This document shows positions 1 through 12,235 of a DNA stretch of 64,000 nt, in pieces (positions within the stretch are counted from its first letter, which is position 1; each line of letters opens with the position of its first letter). Location of the stretch: positions 34,348,001-34,412,000 of the forward strand of contig NC_043004.1 in assembly GCF_006345805.1 (NCBI RefSeq). Direction: 5' to 3'. Source of the DNA: Octopus sinensis. Taxonomy: Eukaryota. The notes below the pieces were generated by a model. That model made no database searches, had not been told where the DNA came from, and was given only the letters and a program-made list of their open reading frames with translations. The translations under genes and the position numbers were made by a program.

Positions 1-728
1 ACTTGGATGAAGTTCAATCAAAATTCAATTATTTTGGTTTTAAAATCGAGCATTTAATGCCCTATATTTTTGCACTTATGTGTTCCATTTCCTCAATAGG
101 AAGTACGTAGAAGCGTTTCATAAATTTTTGTTGATCAAATAATTGCATTGTTGAATTATTCTTTTAGATCAGTATTTCTCAATGGGGATTTCAGGGGAGA
201 GTTTCAGGGAGTCGCTGACGATGTATCATGATGATCAAAAATCCGGCCTGCTAAAATTTGGTTAAAGTGATTCAAACTGCAGACTCAACGCAAAATGGTC
301 ACATTTAATTCAAAGCATTAAAAATGTTATGAAAACAATTGGTATGTGTTTACAAAGTCCAAACGATTAATATGAAAAAACCCTCCAGGCTACATCCCGA
401 AAATTCATTTCTTTGCCAAATTTCTACAATGTTTACGGTGATTCGTTTTTATATCTTGATTTTTTATTTTTCATGCAATTTATGCATGCTTGCAAGCATG
501 GTGAACACAGTTCACGTCAAACAGCTGACTGAGTAAAGTTCACTATTCAATGCATGGGATAAGGCCTAAACAAACACATTATCGATTTTTGCACTTGCAA
601 GATGAAATAGCGCAGTTCAATTTTCATTTGCCTAAACTTTAAGTGACCCATTTTTGGTGGTTCTATGATTCATTGGCTAGGAGGAGATGTGCCGGGAAGT
701 TAAACACACAGACACACAAGTTGAGTTT

Positions 729-754
729 TATATATATAGATATATATAAATATA

Positions 755-800
<46 letters not shown>

Positions 801-836
801 TATGCACACACACACACACACACCTACACACACACA
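729..836. repeat. (TA)n/(CA)n compound microsatellite
   Basis: Direct reading of the sequence. Confidence 0.95.
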
Positions 837-840
837 ATGA

Positions 841-988
841 GTTTCTACGCTGTTTCTATCTATTAAATTCCCTCACAAAGCACTGGTCATTGAAAGATGC
901 TTGCCTATGATGCTGCACAGTAGGACTGAACTCAAAACCACGTAGTTGCAAAGCAAGCTGCTTAACCACACAGCCACGGCTGTGCCTA
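841..988 (-). mobile_element. SINE family A, diverged head fragment
   Basis: Reverse complement carries GTGGCTGTGTGGTTAAG (A box) and GAGTTCAGTCC (B box), homologous to the full copies at 46182 and 52138. Confidence 0.7.
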
Positions 989-2046
989 TCAAATATAAAT
1001 ATATCACAAATATAAGTAAACAAGTAAAAGAGAAAATGAAGTCTTTCACTTCCACCTAAGAATTGTTCCATGCATGAGAGACATGTTTTTGATGTTGTTT
1101 TAAAGTCTTCTCCCCACCCCCTTGCTGTACCATTTCCAATTTACCAAAGATAGCCAAAGAATTTTGTAACCCTGTGGTATTATGAAGATCTTATGCTTTA
1201 TTAAATTCCTCATAGTGTTCTACTAAAGATCTTGGTCTCCTGTATAGGATTTAATAAATTTATTGCTTTGTGCCACCAATGTCTTGCCTGGAATTAGGTG
1301 TTGCTAACAACAACAAAAGTAGAATGGGACGAAACACTTTCCTTTACCAAATGCTAATTTACAAATATTCATTGGAGTTGTTCATTGGGATGTCTCGACC
1401 ATTCCATTGAAATACAAGGCTGAAGAATGTATTGCTTATGTAGACTTTCTACCGAATGAAATATTATCGTGGAGTTGATGGCATTGTTAAGAATGAAATG
1501 GTTCCTGAAGTGTAAATAGAGGAAACCCTATATATTTCTGTCACAGTGGAACCATAAATGGAAGCTTACTTTGCAGGAGACTAACATCTTTGAAAGGTGT
1601 GCAGTATAAGCCATAAATTTGCTAAAGTTCAGTCGGGAGGTTGACATCAAGATTTATAGAACGATAAAATAACTAAAGAAAAAAAAAAAGGTAAAAACAA
1701 ATTTTGCAGAAGAGATTTAGAAGTAAAGTGATAAATAGTTGTGGTGAGTAACTTTTGATTAGTTCACTAAAATCACATTTACATTTAACATGATTGCATT
1801 AGAGAGATCATTCAAGTCAATACTAAGAATGTTGTAGTTTAGTACCATTACTGATACACCAAAATCTGTATACTATTCACCAGGTCACTAAAGTGTTGAA
1901 TCTTAGTTCAATGGAAATAAGTTTAGTTGCCGTTTCACAATAACTATTATACTTAGACAAATGGTAATTCAGGTACATTGAGCAGAAAAAAAAAACGGTT
2001 TTCAACTTAGAAATACACATAAAAAAATCTATAAATAAATGTGTGT

Positions 2047-2083
<37 letters not shown>

Positions 2084-2267
2084 TGTGTGTGTGTGTGTGT
2101 AAAGAAAAGAAAATGCTAATCTGAAATGTTTATTTAAAAACTGCAAGCTGAAACTTCTCGAAAGACATCAAACCTTCCTTCTGATTTGAGATTTTCCTTG
2201 TTGAATTCAAAAGTACTTTAGATTTTTTTAAAAACATTTTTCTTTAAATCTCTCTCTCTCTCTTTCT

Positions 2268-2296
2268 TTCTCTCTTTCTCTCTCTCTCTCTCTTTC

Positions 2297-2327
<31 letters not shown>

Positions 2328-2378
2328 TTCTTTCTCTCTTTCTCTCTCTCTCTCTCTTTCTTTCTCTCTCTCTCTCTC
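2268..2378. repeat. (CT)n/(CTTT)n microsatellite
   Basis: Direct reading. Confidence 0.95.
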
Positions 2379-2685
2379 CCCACTTCTTTCTTACTTTTTC
2401 TAACCACTTTTTTTTTTACGAAATTTGCATCAATTCTTCAATCCATGCTTTAAAATATATTAAAAACATTGAAATGTCGATTTTGCGTTACAAACATTGG
2501 AAGCTAAAATCTAGACTGTTGCTATTAATATAATAACAATTTACAGTCGTGGAGTAGTTGTATTACTCACCAAACAGTAATGAACTGTGCCTCTTCCTAC
2601 AGAATGTGATAGAGTTGGTTAACATCTGCAGGAAGCAAAGAATTCCTAAGAGCTTCAAAATATACCAAAAATGTATTTTTTTTAT

Positions 2686-2948
2686 ATAAAGGCTTGTGAG
2701 TGGATTTGGTAGACAAAAACTGAAAGAAGCCCATCGTATGTGTGTGTGTGTGTGTTTGTGAGTCTATGTTTGTCCCCCCACCATCGCTGTTGGTGTGCTT
2801 ATGTCCCCTGTAACTTTGTGGTTCAGCAAAAGAGACCGATAAAATAGGCTTACAAAGAATAAATCCTGGGGTCAATTCGTTCGACTGAAGGTGGTGCTCC
2901 AGCATGGCCACAGTCAAATGACTGGAACAAATAAAAGAATAAAAGAAA
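2686..2948 (+). mobile_element. SINE family A, 5'-truncated
   Basis: Body GCTTGTGAGTGGATTTGGTAGAC, internal (TG)n, tail GGTGCTCCAGCATGGCCACAGTCAAATGACTG; matches other copies in the window. Confidence 0.9.
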
Positions 2949-3299
2949 AAGGACATTTGCTTCTCGAATATTTAATTGAAAAGGAAGGCAGTCGTCACCA
3001 TGTTTACTCTTTCATGCTGGCATGGATCTGATGGCATTCTTTGAGGCAGACTTTCTATGGCTGGATGCTCTCATGCTGCCAATCCTCACATGCTTTGCAT
3101 GCAAGGTAATATTTTTCCTTGGCCAGACAGGTTTCTATGGAAGATTGGACATGTACAATGATGATGTTCTTACACAACGTGCATGGGGTGCCACTCAGCC
3201 AAGTGGCCCTTCTCTAGATGAAGTCAAATATGGCTGTATGTGTAGTAGGAATATTATAGAAAATGTGGGAGCAGTTGTCTAGTGTGGACTTCAATTATT

Positions 3300-3760
3300 C
3301 CTTTTCATGTTCACTCTTTCATGCTTGAATCTGTTTGGTACTGAAATTCCTTCTGACCCCAAATAGAAGGGTTAGTTTGGGGAATGTGGTCTGACCTATG
3401 TTAACGATAAGCTTTAGCCAGGAGAACTCCACTCCAAATGTTGTAGTGAGGTACAGCATTTGGAGTGACTGTGAAGACACTAGTCAAGTGTCACTCATGA
3501 TTAGAGTGCTGTGATTTGATCTTTTCTTGGAATGAGTAGTACTTGAGGGGTAAAAATGAGACAAGTTTGGCATGATTTTCAAGACCTCTGTTTATGGAAT
3601 CAGATTTGATGTGAAGTGTCTAAGTTGCACATGGAAGATGCCTGGTTTGGGAAGTTTATGGCAAAATGAAAGATTATATCATCTGTATGTGAATGAGTGT
3701 TAAATATGACAGGTCATTGCTTCATGTCATCTTTGTATGGTGGGTGTTGATATTAGAGTC
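3300..3760 (-). mobile_element. Degenerate LINE reverse transcriptase remnant (Jockey/CR1-group-like)
   Basis: Minus strand reads HSHTDDIIF near 3670-3695 (decayed YADD region), followed by weak downstream RT-like segments; many stops and frameshifts. Confidence 0.35.
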
Positions 3761-3989
3761 ACAGGCCGTCAGTTCCAGATAATTTCCTCAATTTTTACAT
3801 TTTTCTGTCGAGTAGTTTTCTGCCAATTACTTATTTGAAATATGTGTGTTTATGTATTCTGGGTACAGAGCTGAGCACAGACAGTAGTTTTCTCCCTTGT
3901 GGTGAAGTTACTGACATGTTGTAAATAGATAGCATAATCAACTCAGCTTATTGACAGGATAAGAACCAAAACCTAAAAATATGTCAGCC

Positions 3990-4440
3990 ATCTTGCAGAT
4001 GATGTAAGCTCGTATGTTTTCTAGGATATTGAAGCTCAGTCATTGTCATCACACATATCTGAGAGGATGATGTACGAAATGAGATAGATTTAGTTTTTAT
4101 AGGAAATTCTATGCTTAAAGATGCATGTTGTTTCCTCTAAGAAAAAATATTTGGTTACGTTGTGTAGAAGAGGAAAAGAGAATTTTGTTGTAAAATTTCA
4201 TGTTATTTAGTGATGTAATCTTTGAGTTAATGATTTCCTGGATCCTGCAGGTCAGTTTGGCCACAACTTAACTTCAGTTTATAAAATGCTAAGCAAATGA
4301 GAGACAAATCTTGCTACACCATACATATGAGGTAAAGCTTATCACAAGAATTTTTCAACGGTTTTCTGATGTCTTCTTCTTCCTGAAGCTACATAAACAT
4401 AGAATAAAGAAATAAAAGCCTGGAGATACAGCAAATTGCT
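3990..4440 (+). mobile_element. Possible highly decayed CR1-like RT remnant
   Basis: TTGCAGATGATGTAAGCTC resembles FADDvKL with one frameshift; downstream similarity is weak. Confidence 0.25.
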
Positions 4441-5427
4441 TGTTATGGTTTAAAAAAAATTGTTTACCAAATGAGAGTTCAATAACTTATCTAAAATCTT
4501 AGAATAGTTGCTTGAAATAAAAATTATATTCTTTCCTACAAAAATGCAGAAACTAAAATCATTTAGAGATGATAATGTGATGTCATGCAGTTTACAACAG
4601 TTAAACTGAAGAGAATTAGGATCAGTTACTGATAAAAGCTGAATCTTCACTTCTTGGAAATTCAACTTTATGCTTTCAAGTGATTTAAAATTTAATTAAA
4701 AATTATTCTTTTCTTGACTAACTACTAAGTCTTTATAGATTTTGAAGAAATCACTTAGTGGGAAATTTTTGCCTTACTCAAGAATATTATTAAATATGTG
4801 ACCCAATCTAAACATAATTTCTAACATCCACACACTTGGAGCTTTCTCCTTAACTACATTCGCCAAAGATTAATTAAGCCATGAAATATTAGCTTCAAAG
4901 TAATTAAAATATATTAGATTGACCACATTGTTAATGATGTTTAATTTACTTCTGTTTAAACATTTTAGGAACTTTGCTTAAATCAAGAGAGATTAAAATC
5001 ATTTATTTCTAGCTTTGTGAAACAAATTTCATTCCACTTCGTTGACTAAAAAAGAGGTAAACCATTCATCAAATCTTCTACATTATTCTCTCAATGCAAA
5101 CAGAAAATTCAATTTATAATTTAATAAGAATAAACTGGTGATTTCATCTATATCAACTGCTTACTCTTGTCTCATATATTGTGAAGTGCATACTGTTGAT
5201 TGCTCTTTGTGAAATGAGTACCATTTTCAATGCATAGACACAGTTTGTGCATGGCTCATCTCGTTTCCCATGTCCCTCGACACAAAATAATGTTTACTAC
5301 AATGACATAAACACATCACAAATTTATATAATGATACAAATGCCAGAATGTGAAAATTAAAGTTGTAACATTCTTGAACTGATGTTGAAAAATAGGAAAA
5401 AAATATTGATTTCTAATTTTTAAACAA

Positions 5428-5618
5428 TGCCAGCAATATTGAAGTGTGGGGACTGGGGGTAGGGGGATAGTTGATTACATCAACCCCAGTGTTAGAACAG
5501 CACTTATTTTTTGGACTTGAGAAGGATGAAAGGCAAAGTCGACCTCAGCAGAACTTGATCTCAGAAAGTAAAGACAAACAAAATGCTGCTAAGTACTTTA
5601 CCCAGCCTGCTAACGATT
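5428..5618 (-). mobile_element. SINE family B (core GACTTTGCCTTTCATCC...GGGGTCGATGTAATCGAC), older copy
   Basis: Shares the conserved core with 5620-5852, 21296-21513 and 35215-35440. Confidence 0.8.
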
Positions 5619-5619
5619 C

Positions 5620-5852
5620 TTATTTCGTTACTACCCACAAGGGGATAAACATAGAGGGGACAAACAAGGACAGACAAAGGAATTAAATCAATTACATCGA
5701 CCCCAGTGCGTAACTGGTACTTAATTTATTGACCCCGAAAGGATGAAAGGCAAAGTCGACCTCGGTGGAATTTGAACTCAGAACGTAAAGACAGATGAAA
5801 TACCGCTAAGCATTTCACCCAGCGTGCTAACGATTCTGCCAGCTTGCCGCCT
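5620..5852 (-). mobile_element. SINE family B, near full length
   Basis: tRNA-like head GGCGGCAAGCTGGCAGAATCGTTAGC...GAGTTCAAATTCC, conserved core, tail CCCCTTGTGGGTAGTAA. Confidence 0.9.
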
Positions 5853-6054
5853 TAGAAGCAGAAAATAAATGTTATAGAACATTTTGTTTGATATTTTATC
5901 ATTTTTTTTTCATTGTAAAGATAAAAGATAATATATATATGTGTGTGTATATGTGTAGCAAAGTATATAGACAGGCAGAGAAATTAAACGGAGAGCTATA
6001 CACACACACGCGTGTGTGTGTCTGTGTGTGTGTGTTTGTGTTTGTGTGTGTGTT

Positions 6055-6092
<38 letters not shown>

Positions 6093-6574
6093 CTAGAGAG
6101 AGAGAGAGAACTAGAGAGAGAGAGAAACAAGGTTTCTCAAATGAATGATTGTTCTAAAGTCTGTTGCAAATCTGACCGAGTTAGACGTCTTGGAAATAAA
6201 TAATCGTTTGTGTCGATGTGCTGGCATGAATCTTCTAACTAGCCAGCTAACCAAATACTTAATCTAGTACAACCAACGGACTCCTATTACCGAGGAGGGA
6301 CAGAGTGCACAGTTGTTTGAGTCTTTTATCTTCATGCAACATTTATCCAGTCCAGCAATAAATAGCTGCTGACTACAAAAATAGTATTGATGAAGTGGTT
6401 TGGTTTTACAAAGGATTTAAACATACACGCAGGTGTGTATGTAAATATTTGGAGAGGTGTATGTAAATTTGAAGTGAGATTGTGTAACGTGAAATTGTAA
6501 TCTCACTTAAAGGTGTCGTAAACACATTGGATTTTCTTCCTATTATTTTCTGGAATTATTTAAATGCGATTGGT

Positions 6575-7720
6575 ATGTATCTATGTATGTATGTATGCAT
6601 GTATGTATGTATGTATTTATGTATGTATGTATGTATGTATGTATTTATGTATGTATGTATGTATGTATTTATGTATGTATGTGTGCATGTATGTATGTGT
6701 ATATGCATGTATGTATGTATGTATGTATGTATGTATGTGTGTGTGTATGTATGTATGTATGTAAGTATGTATGTATGTGTGCATGTACGTATGTATGTGT
6801 GTATGTATGTATGTGTGTGTGTATATGCATGTATGTTTGTATGTGTGTATGTATGTATGTTTGTATGTATGTATGCATGTGTATGTATGTATGTATGTAT
6901 GTATGTGTGTGTGTGTATGTATGTATGTATGTATGTATGTATGTGTGTATGTATGTGTGTATGTATGTGTGCATGTATGTATGTGTGTGTGTATGTATGT
7001 GTATATGCATGTATGTTTGTATGTGTGTATGTATGTATGTTTGTATGTATGTATGCATGTGTATGTGTGTATGTATGTATGTATGTATGTGTGTGTGTAT
7101 GTATGTATGTATGTATGTATGTGTGTATGTATGTGTGTATGTATGTGTGCATGTATGTATGTGTGTGTGTATGTTTGTGTGTGTGTGTATATGCACGTAT
7201 GTATGTATGTGTATGTATGTATGAATGTATGTATGTATGTATGTATGTGTGTGTTTGTATGTATGTGTATGCATGTATGTGTGAGTATGTATGTATGTAT
7301 GTGTATAAGTATGTGTGTGTGTAAGTGTGTGTATGTATGGTGCATATATGTAGGTATGTGTATGTATGCATATATATGTATGTGTGTGTATGCATGTATG
7401 AGTGTGCATGTGTATATATGCATGTGTGTATGTATGTAAGCATATATGTATATGATATGTATGTATGCAAATATGCATATATAAGTATGTATATGTTTAT
7501 GTGTATACATGTATATATGAATGCAAGCATATATATATATATGTGTGTGTGTATGTATGTAAGCATATATGTATATGATATGTATGTATGCAAATATGCA
7601 TATATAAGTATGTATATGTTTATGTGTATACATGTATATATGAATGCAAGCATATATATATATATGTGTGTGTGTATGTATGTGTATGCATGTATGTATG
7701 TATGCATGTGTATGTGTGTA

Positions 7721-7760
<40 letters not shown>
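6575..7760. repeat. ~1.2-kb compound (TATG)n/(TG)n simple repeat with internal higher-order duplications
   Basis: Direct reading; source of the MYVC/HTYI ORFs. Confidence 0.95.
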
Positions 7761-7763
<3 letters not shown>

Positions 7764-8115
7764 ATAAGTACGTACTTGGACGTGTACGCATGTGTATTAC
7801 TTTGTGATTGATTGCCTCTGAACTCCACATTTGACACAGTTATAAAGCATTTTCTTTGGAACCTATTCCTTTGAAACACTCAAATCAACAATGACAAAGA
7901 GGAAATGCTTGCGACATATACTTCATGATGTAAATGACAACCCTTCAAACTTCATACAAACATTAACATTTGAGAAATGGAATATGCCAAACTCGAAATT
8001 CTCTTTAATAGAAACATTCAAATAGAAAATATGGATATGAATTTTGCATGGCTGTCACTGTAAACTTGCTACTGAGGGAGGTTGTGAATGGGACCGGAAA
8101 TATTTAAACTCTGAA

Positions 8116-8138
8116 CATACATGCATACATACCATACA

Positions 8139-8169
<31 letters not shown>

Positions 8170-8208
8170 GTACGTATGTATGTATGTGTGTGTCCGTGCA
8201 TGTGTGTC

Positions 8209-8259
<51 letters not shown>

Positions 8260-8590
8260 ATATATATGCAAGCATGGAACATGGATTTTAAATGATGAAA
8301 TGGTGATGATGATGATGTATATATATATACATATACATGTGTACATGTGTGTATATCATATATATATATTTATATAATATACATGATATATATAATATAT
8401 ATGTATATACATACATACATATATATGTATGTATATATTTGTATATATATATATGTACATATGTACATATATGTACATATATGTATGTATATATTTGTAT
8501 ATATATATATATATGTACATATATATATGTATGTATGTAGATAGATGCACACATACACATTTTTACACATGTATATATGTGTGTGTGTGT
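8116..8590. repeat. (CATA)n/(TATG)n/(TA)n microsatellite cluster
   Basis: Direct reading. Confidence 0.9.
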
Positions 8591-9190
8591 GTGATGCTTC
8601 AGTTGGGCATGTGTAGATATGTGTGCATGATGGAATCAATTTCTTGGCCCTTCATGATCAAACATAATCTTCAATGACAAACCCTTAGACTTCCAGGAGA
8701 CTTCATTACAATTGCCGCTCTATTCCAAATCTACCATCATGTCACTGAGACAAACTGTATTTGTACTTATTTCAAACTCAATTCACCTTCTCTGTTCAGT
8801 TCTACTAAAAGATTAACCAAATAATTTAGAAGATTAAGTCATCTCCAATTACAGTAATCCTCTCTGCAAATCCAAATATTTAAAAAAAATTTCCTAGGGT
8901 TACACCTGATCTATGCAGCTGATATCTATAGTAGTAGCCCTATAGTATCTAAGGGTGATCTCACCTGTTTTACCTTAGTCAATAATTTCCGTATTAGAAA
9001 TCAAAATATATCATGGAAGATGTTTATGAGGAGAGAAACAAGTGGTGGGGGAGAAAGAGTGAGAAAGAGAGAGTGAGGGAAAGAGAGAGAGAGAGAGAGA
9101 GAGAACAAGAAATGCATGTCAAAATGGAATCTCAAAGGAATAATATAATCCATTTCCTTGTGTCCACCACTTCATAAAAATTCCTTGATA

Positions 9191-9405
9191 TACAAGGGGG
9201 GAAAAGTTCCTGGTTTGGGGCAAAAGAAAATACAGGAGGATCAGTTAAATATGATTCTATTTAACATATTCCCCTCTTAAATTCACACTCATATTGCAGC
9301 AGTCCTTCAGTTTTTCTTAGCCCTGTAAAAGAACTCAGAAGGTTGGGCCTCTAACCAGGCCTTTCGCGATACCCTTAAAGCTGAACTTTTCAGCACCCCG
9401 TCATA
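9191..9405 (-). mobile_element. Mariner-derived MITE
   Basis: TA-flanked imperfect TIRs (TACAAGGGGGGAAAAGTTCC / GAACTTTTCAGCACCCCGTCATA); minus interior reads PSEFFYR..KLKDCC...NLRGEYVK*, like a mariner transposase C-terminus. Confidence 0.8.
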
Positions 9406-10030
9406 TCCCTCTCAGCTCCCTCACTTCTCTTCACTCCAAAACCATTGTTTCTAATTCCAGCATTCTTCTACTTCTTTACTTTTTTACTTGTTTCAGTCAT
9501 TTGAATGTGGCCATGCTGGAGCACTGCCTTTATTGAAATTCTTTCAACTCTGCTGGTTCATGCAACAAGTGTTCAGACATCTCTAGAACTGAGAATATAA
9601 TCAGTCTAAACTGGAAAATTATTGCGTTTGTTTACTAAACCACAGCCGCCATAGATGAGTTGTCAAGGGAGCATCGATGCAAGGACTGGCCCCAATAGAA
9701 ACAGCAACCAAGCCTTCCTCAAATCACATCCTACTATCCTAAAAAATAAACACACTGGAAAATGGAGTCCTAAATAAATTGTTTGAATAGAAGAAAAGAC
9801 AGTCACAAGTCTACTTAATCAAGGATGATCTGGGGTTAAACAATATAAATAATCCCTGGATCAGGTAGTTCTTGGTATACTAAAGGTATGTAAATATAAA
9901 GGAAGCAAAAACTGGGTGGTCATGTCTGAAATGCCTTTTGTCATGAATCTGCTTCATCAAAGCTGAACTACAATTAACTATTTTGATACTGTATTTTTGT
10001 TGAATTAGTTTTGAAAATGAAAAAATTTTT

Positions 10031-10372
10031 TTACTTGTTTCAGTCATTTGACTGTGGCCATGCTGGAACACCTCCTTTTAGTCAAGCAAATCGACCCCAG
10101 ACGTATTCTTTGTAAGCTAACTACTTATTCTATCGGTCTCTTTTGCCGAACCGCTAAGTGACGGGGACATAAACACACCAACATCAGTTGTCAAGCGTTG
10201 TTGGGGCAACAAATACAGACACACAAACACACACACACATATATATACATATACATATATACGATGGGCTTCTTTCAGTTTCCGCCTACCAAATCCACTC
10301 ACAAGGCTTTGGTCAGCCCAAGACAATAGTAGAAGACACTTGCCCAAGGGGCCATGCAGTGGGACTGAACCC
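10031..10372 (-). mobile_element. SINE family A, head truncated
   Basis: Reverse complement of the family body and tail. Confidence 0.9.
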
Positions 10373-10587
10373 ATTATTGTGAAATGTTTTGGAAGGTGAA
10401 TTAACATGAAATTTTGATGGAAGATTTCAATTGAGAAGGCTCTGGAACAGAAGAAATTTGAAACTGCAGTTGCAACATTATTTCTCTAAGCATAGGGACC
10501 CACGGCCTCCAGACATTTCCCCTGCCTTCCTTGAAAACATTTCCCCAGCCTTGTTTCCAGTCCTACAGGCCCAGAATTGACACAATA

Positions 10588-11240
10588 AATATTGGCACTA
10601 TGAAAGGTAGGCCTGGAGGGATGGCTGAGATGTTCAGCAGAGACATGTAGATGCATGTTGTGTTCAAGAGGTACAATGGAGAGGTACTTCAGCTAGACTG
10701 CTTACGGGCAAAGGATATAAATATAAATTTTTCTGGGTAGGCAACAATGAAGCCGAAGTGGCATAGGTATTCTAGTCCCAGAGAAATAGGTGGATAAGGT
10801 GATTGAAGTAGTTAGGATATGTGATAGGATTATTAACCTAAGAATAGCCTTGTTTTATGTAATTATCAGTTATCTCTGAATGTGTTCTGCATGCTGGACT
10901 TGCAGATACTCAGAAGGACAACTTCTACGAATCTTTTCTGGGAACTAACTTGATGACAAAAGACAATGACATTTTCATCATGGCAAGTGACTTCAATGGG
11001 TATGTTGTAAAACACTCTGATGGTTTTCTGGGTGTGCAAGGTGACTATGGCTTTGGCTCCTGAAATGAGGAGGGAACAAGGCTGCTGGAGTTTTGCAATG
11101 CTCATGGCTTACTGGTCTACAACACCAACTTCAGAAAACCTGCCAACCATCTGATCACTTATCAATCTGGGGGACACACAATCAGCTTGACTACATCCTC
11201 ACCTGACACAGAGATAAATACATGCTTGTAAATGCCACAG
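10588..11240 (+). mobile_element. RTE-clade LINE, AP-endonuclease remnant
   Basis: Frameshifted reads NIGTMKGR...CCVQEVQWRG...YKFFWVGN...VIEVVRICDRII...DFNG...NEEGTRLLEFCNAHGL..NTNFRKP...DYIL. Confidence 0.85.
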
Positions 11241-11399
11241 GAAATTTAAAAAGGTGATCAGAGTGAATAGAAATTATTTGAATATATATATGATGAGAAC
11301 TAAGGATATTTCTAAAAGTTCAAAATTATGGTGATATGGGTATGTCTAACTTTTTAATTCTCAATTATTTTCTTTATTGATATAGTTCAAATTTACAGA

Positions 11400-11560
11400 A
11401 AACAAAAGATGAAGACAGGTGTATGAACAAAAGGCAGGTTTGACACCTGGTTAAAAGGGAAAAGTCTTTTTCGTTTCAAGCCTATGTTCTTTGACAGAAA
11501 GAAATAAGAGGCAAAAAAATGGAGAGAGAAAAACTGGGTAGAGTTCAGCAGCCCAACATG
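11400..11560 (-). mobile_element. Short Penelope-type terminal-repeat fragment with a degenerate hammerhead motif (11465-11502)
   Basis: TCTTT CTGTCAA A GAAC ATAG GCTT GAAA CGAA AAAGA on minus; flanks resemble 25200-25345. Confidence 0.5.
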
Positions 11561-11829
11561 GCCAGATGACTAAAAAAAAAGAGGTTGAATGAAAGGGAGA
11601 TATTAATAAAAAATGGTTGAATGAAAGGGAGTAGTGGGGATCCCAATGGACTAAGGTGCACAAGTGTGTGTGTGTATGTGTGGATGGGGGTGAGTGAGTC
11701 TGATGTGTGTTTGTGTGTGTGTGTCTGTGATTGTGTGTGCATTGTGCATAGCAGTTGATGTGTGCTTTTTCAAGTGGTGTGTGTGTGCGCGCACATCTGT
11801 ATGTGTCTGTCTGTGACCAGTTAGTGTGC

Positions 11830-12235
11830 ATGTGTATAATATATGTTTGTGGGCAAAAGTTATTTTTGTTTATGCATGCTGCATGTGTTTATGCATCAGC
11901 CAAGCGTCATCCCATTTGACCAATGTACAGGAAAGGACAGATACAGCAGGAGATGCAGTAAATTACATTACTAGAGGCGCAGGTAAAGGAGTCGGTGACG
12001 TGATAGGGATGGTGATGGGTACCTGTGAAGTTGATGGTGTTGGAGAGGTAGGGGCAGGTGCAACAGCATGGACAAGGTGCAGGGGAAGGAGCCAGGCTGG
12101 GAGGTGAGGGTAGGGAAGAAACTGTGGACCAGAAGGTCATGCAGGTTATGGGCTCATTTGAAGGAGAGAAGGAGTAGCTTAGGGAAAACATGTGAGGTGG
12201 AAGGGTTGGACTGAGGTTGCCAAAAGTTAACATTT
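11830..12235 (-). mobile_element. Penelope-like element, GIY-YIG endonuclease fragment
   Basis: ORF 11907..12233 contains HVTDSFTCASSNVIYCISCCICPFLYIGQMG, the typical PLE FTC..NVIY...YIG motif. Confidence 0.85.

Noticed and set aside
170-720. CpG-containing stretch with a CCAAT-like motif as a promoter
   Set aside because: No linked exon or transcript evidence; CAGTATTTCTCAA at ~170 suggests a DNA-transposon end instead.
4314-4382. Possible terminal exon EEEDIRKPLKNSCDKLYLICMV* after a good minus-strand acceptor
   Set aside because: No upstream partner exon was identified, the peptide is too short to assess, and it overlaps a putative CR1 remnant.
6472-6508. 10-bp inverted repeat AAGTGAGATT/AATCTCACTT
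   Set aside because: Short enough to arise by chance in 64 kb of AT-rich DNA; no supporting context.
6527-7879. Long ORFs of 200-424 aa (MYVC.../HTYI...) and similar ORFs at 8.0-8.7, 23.7-24.3, 25.4, 37.5 and 46.5 kb
   Set aside because: They are translations of stop-free microsatellites open on both strands and in several frames; no protein signal.
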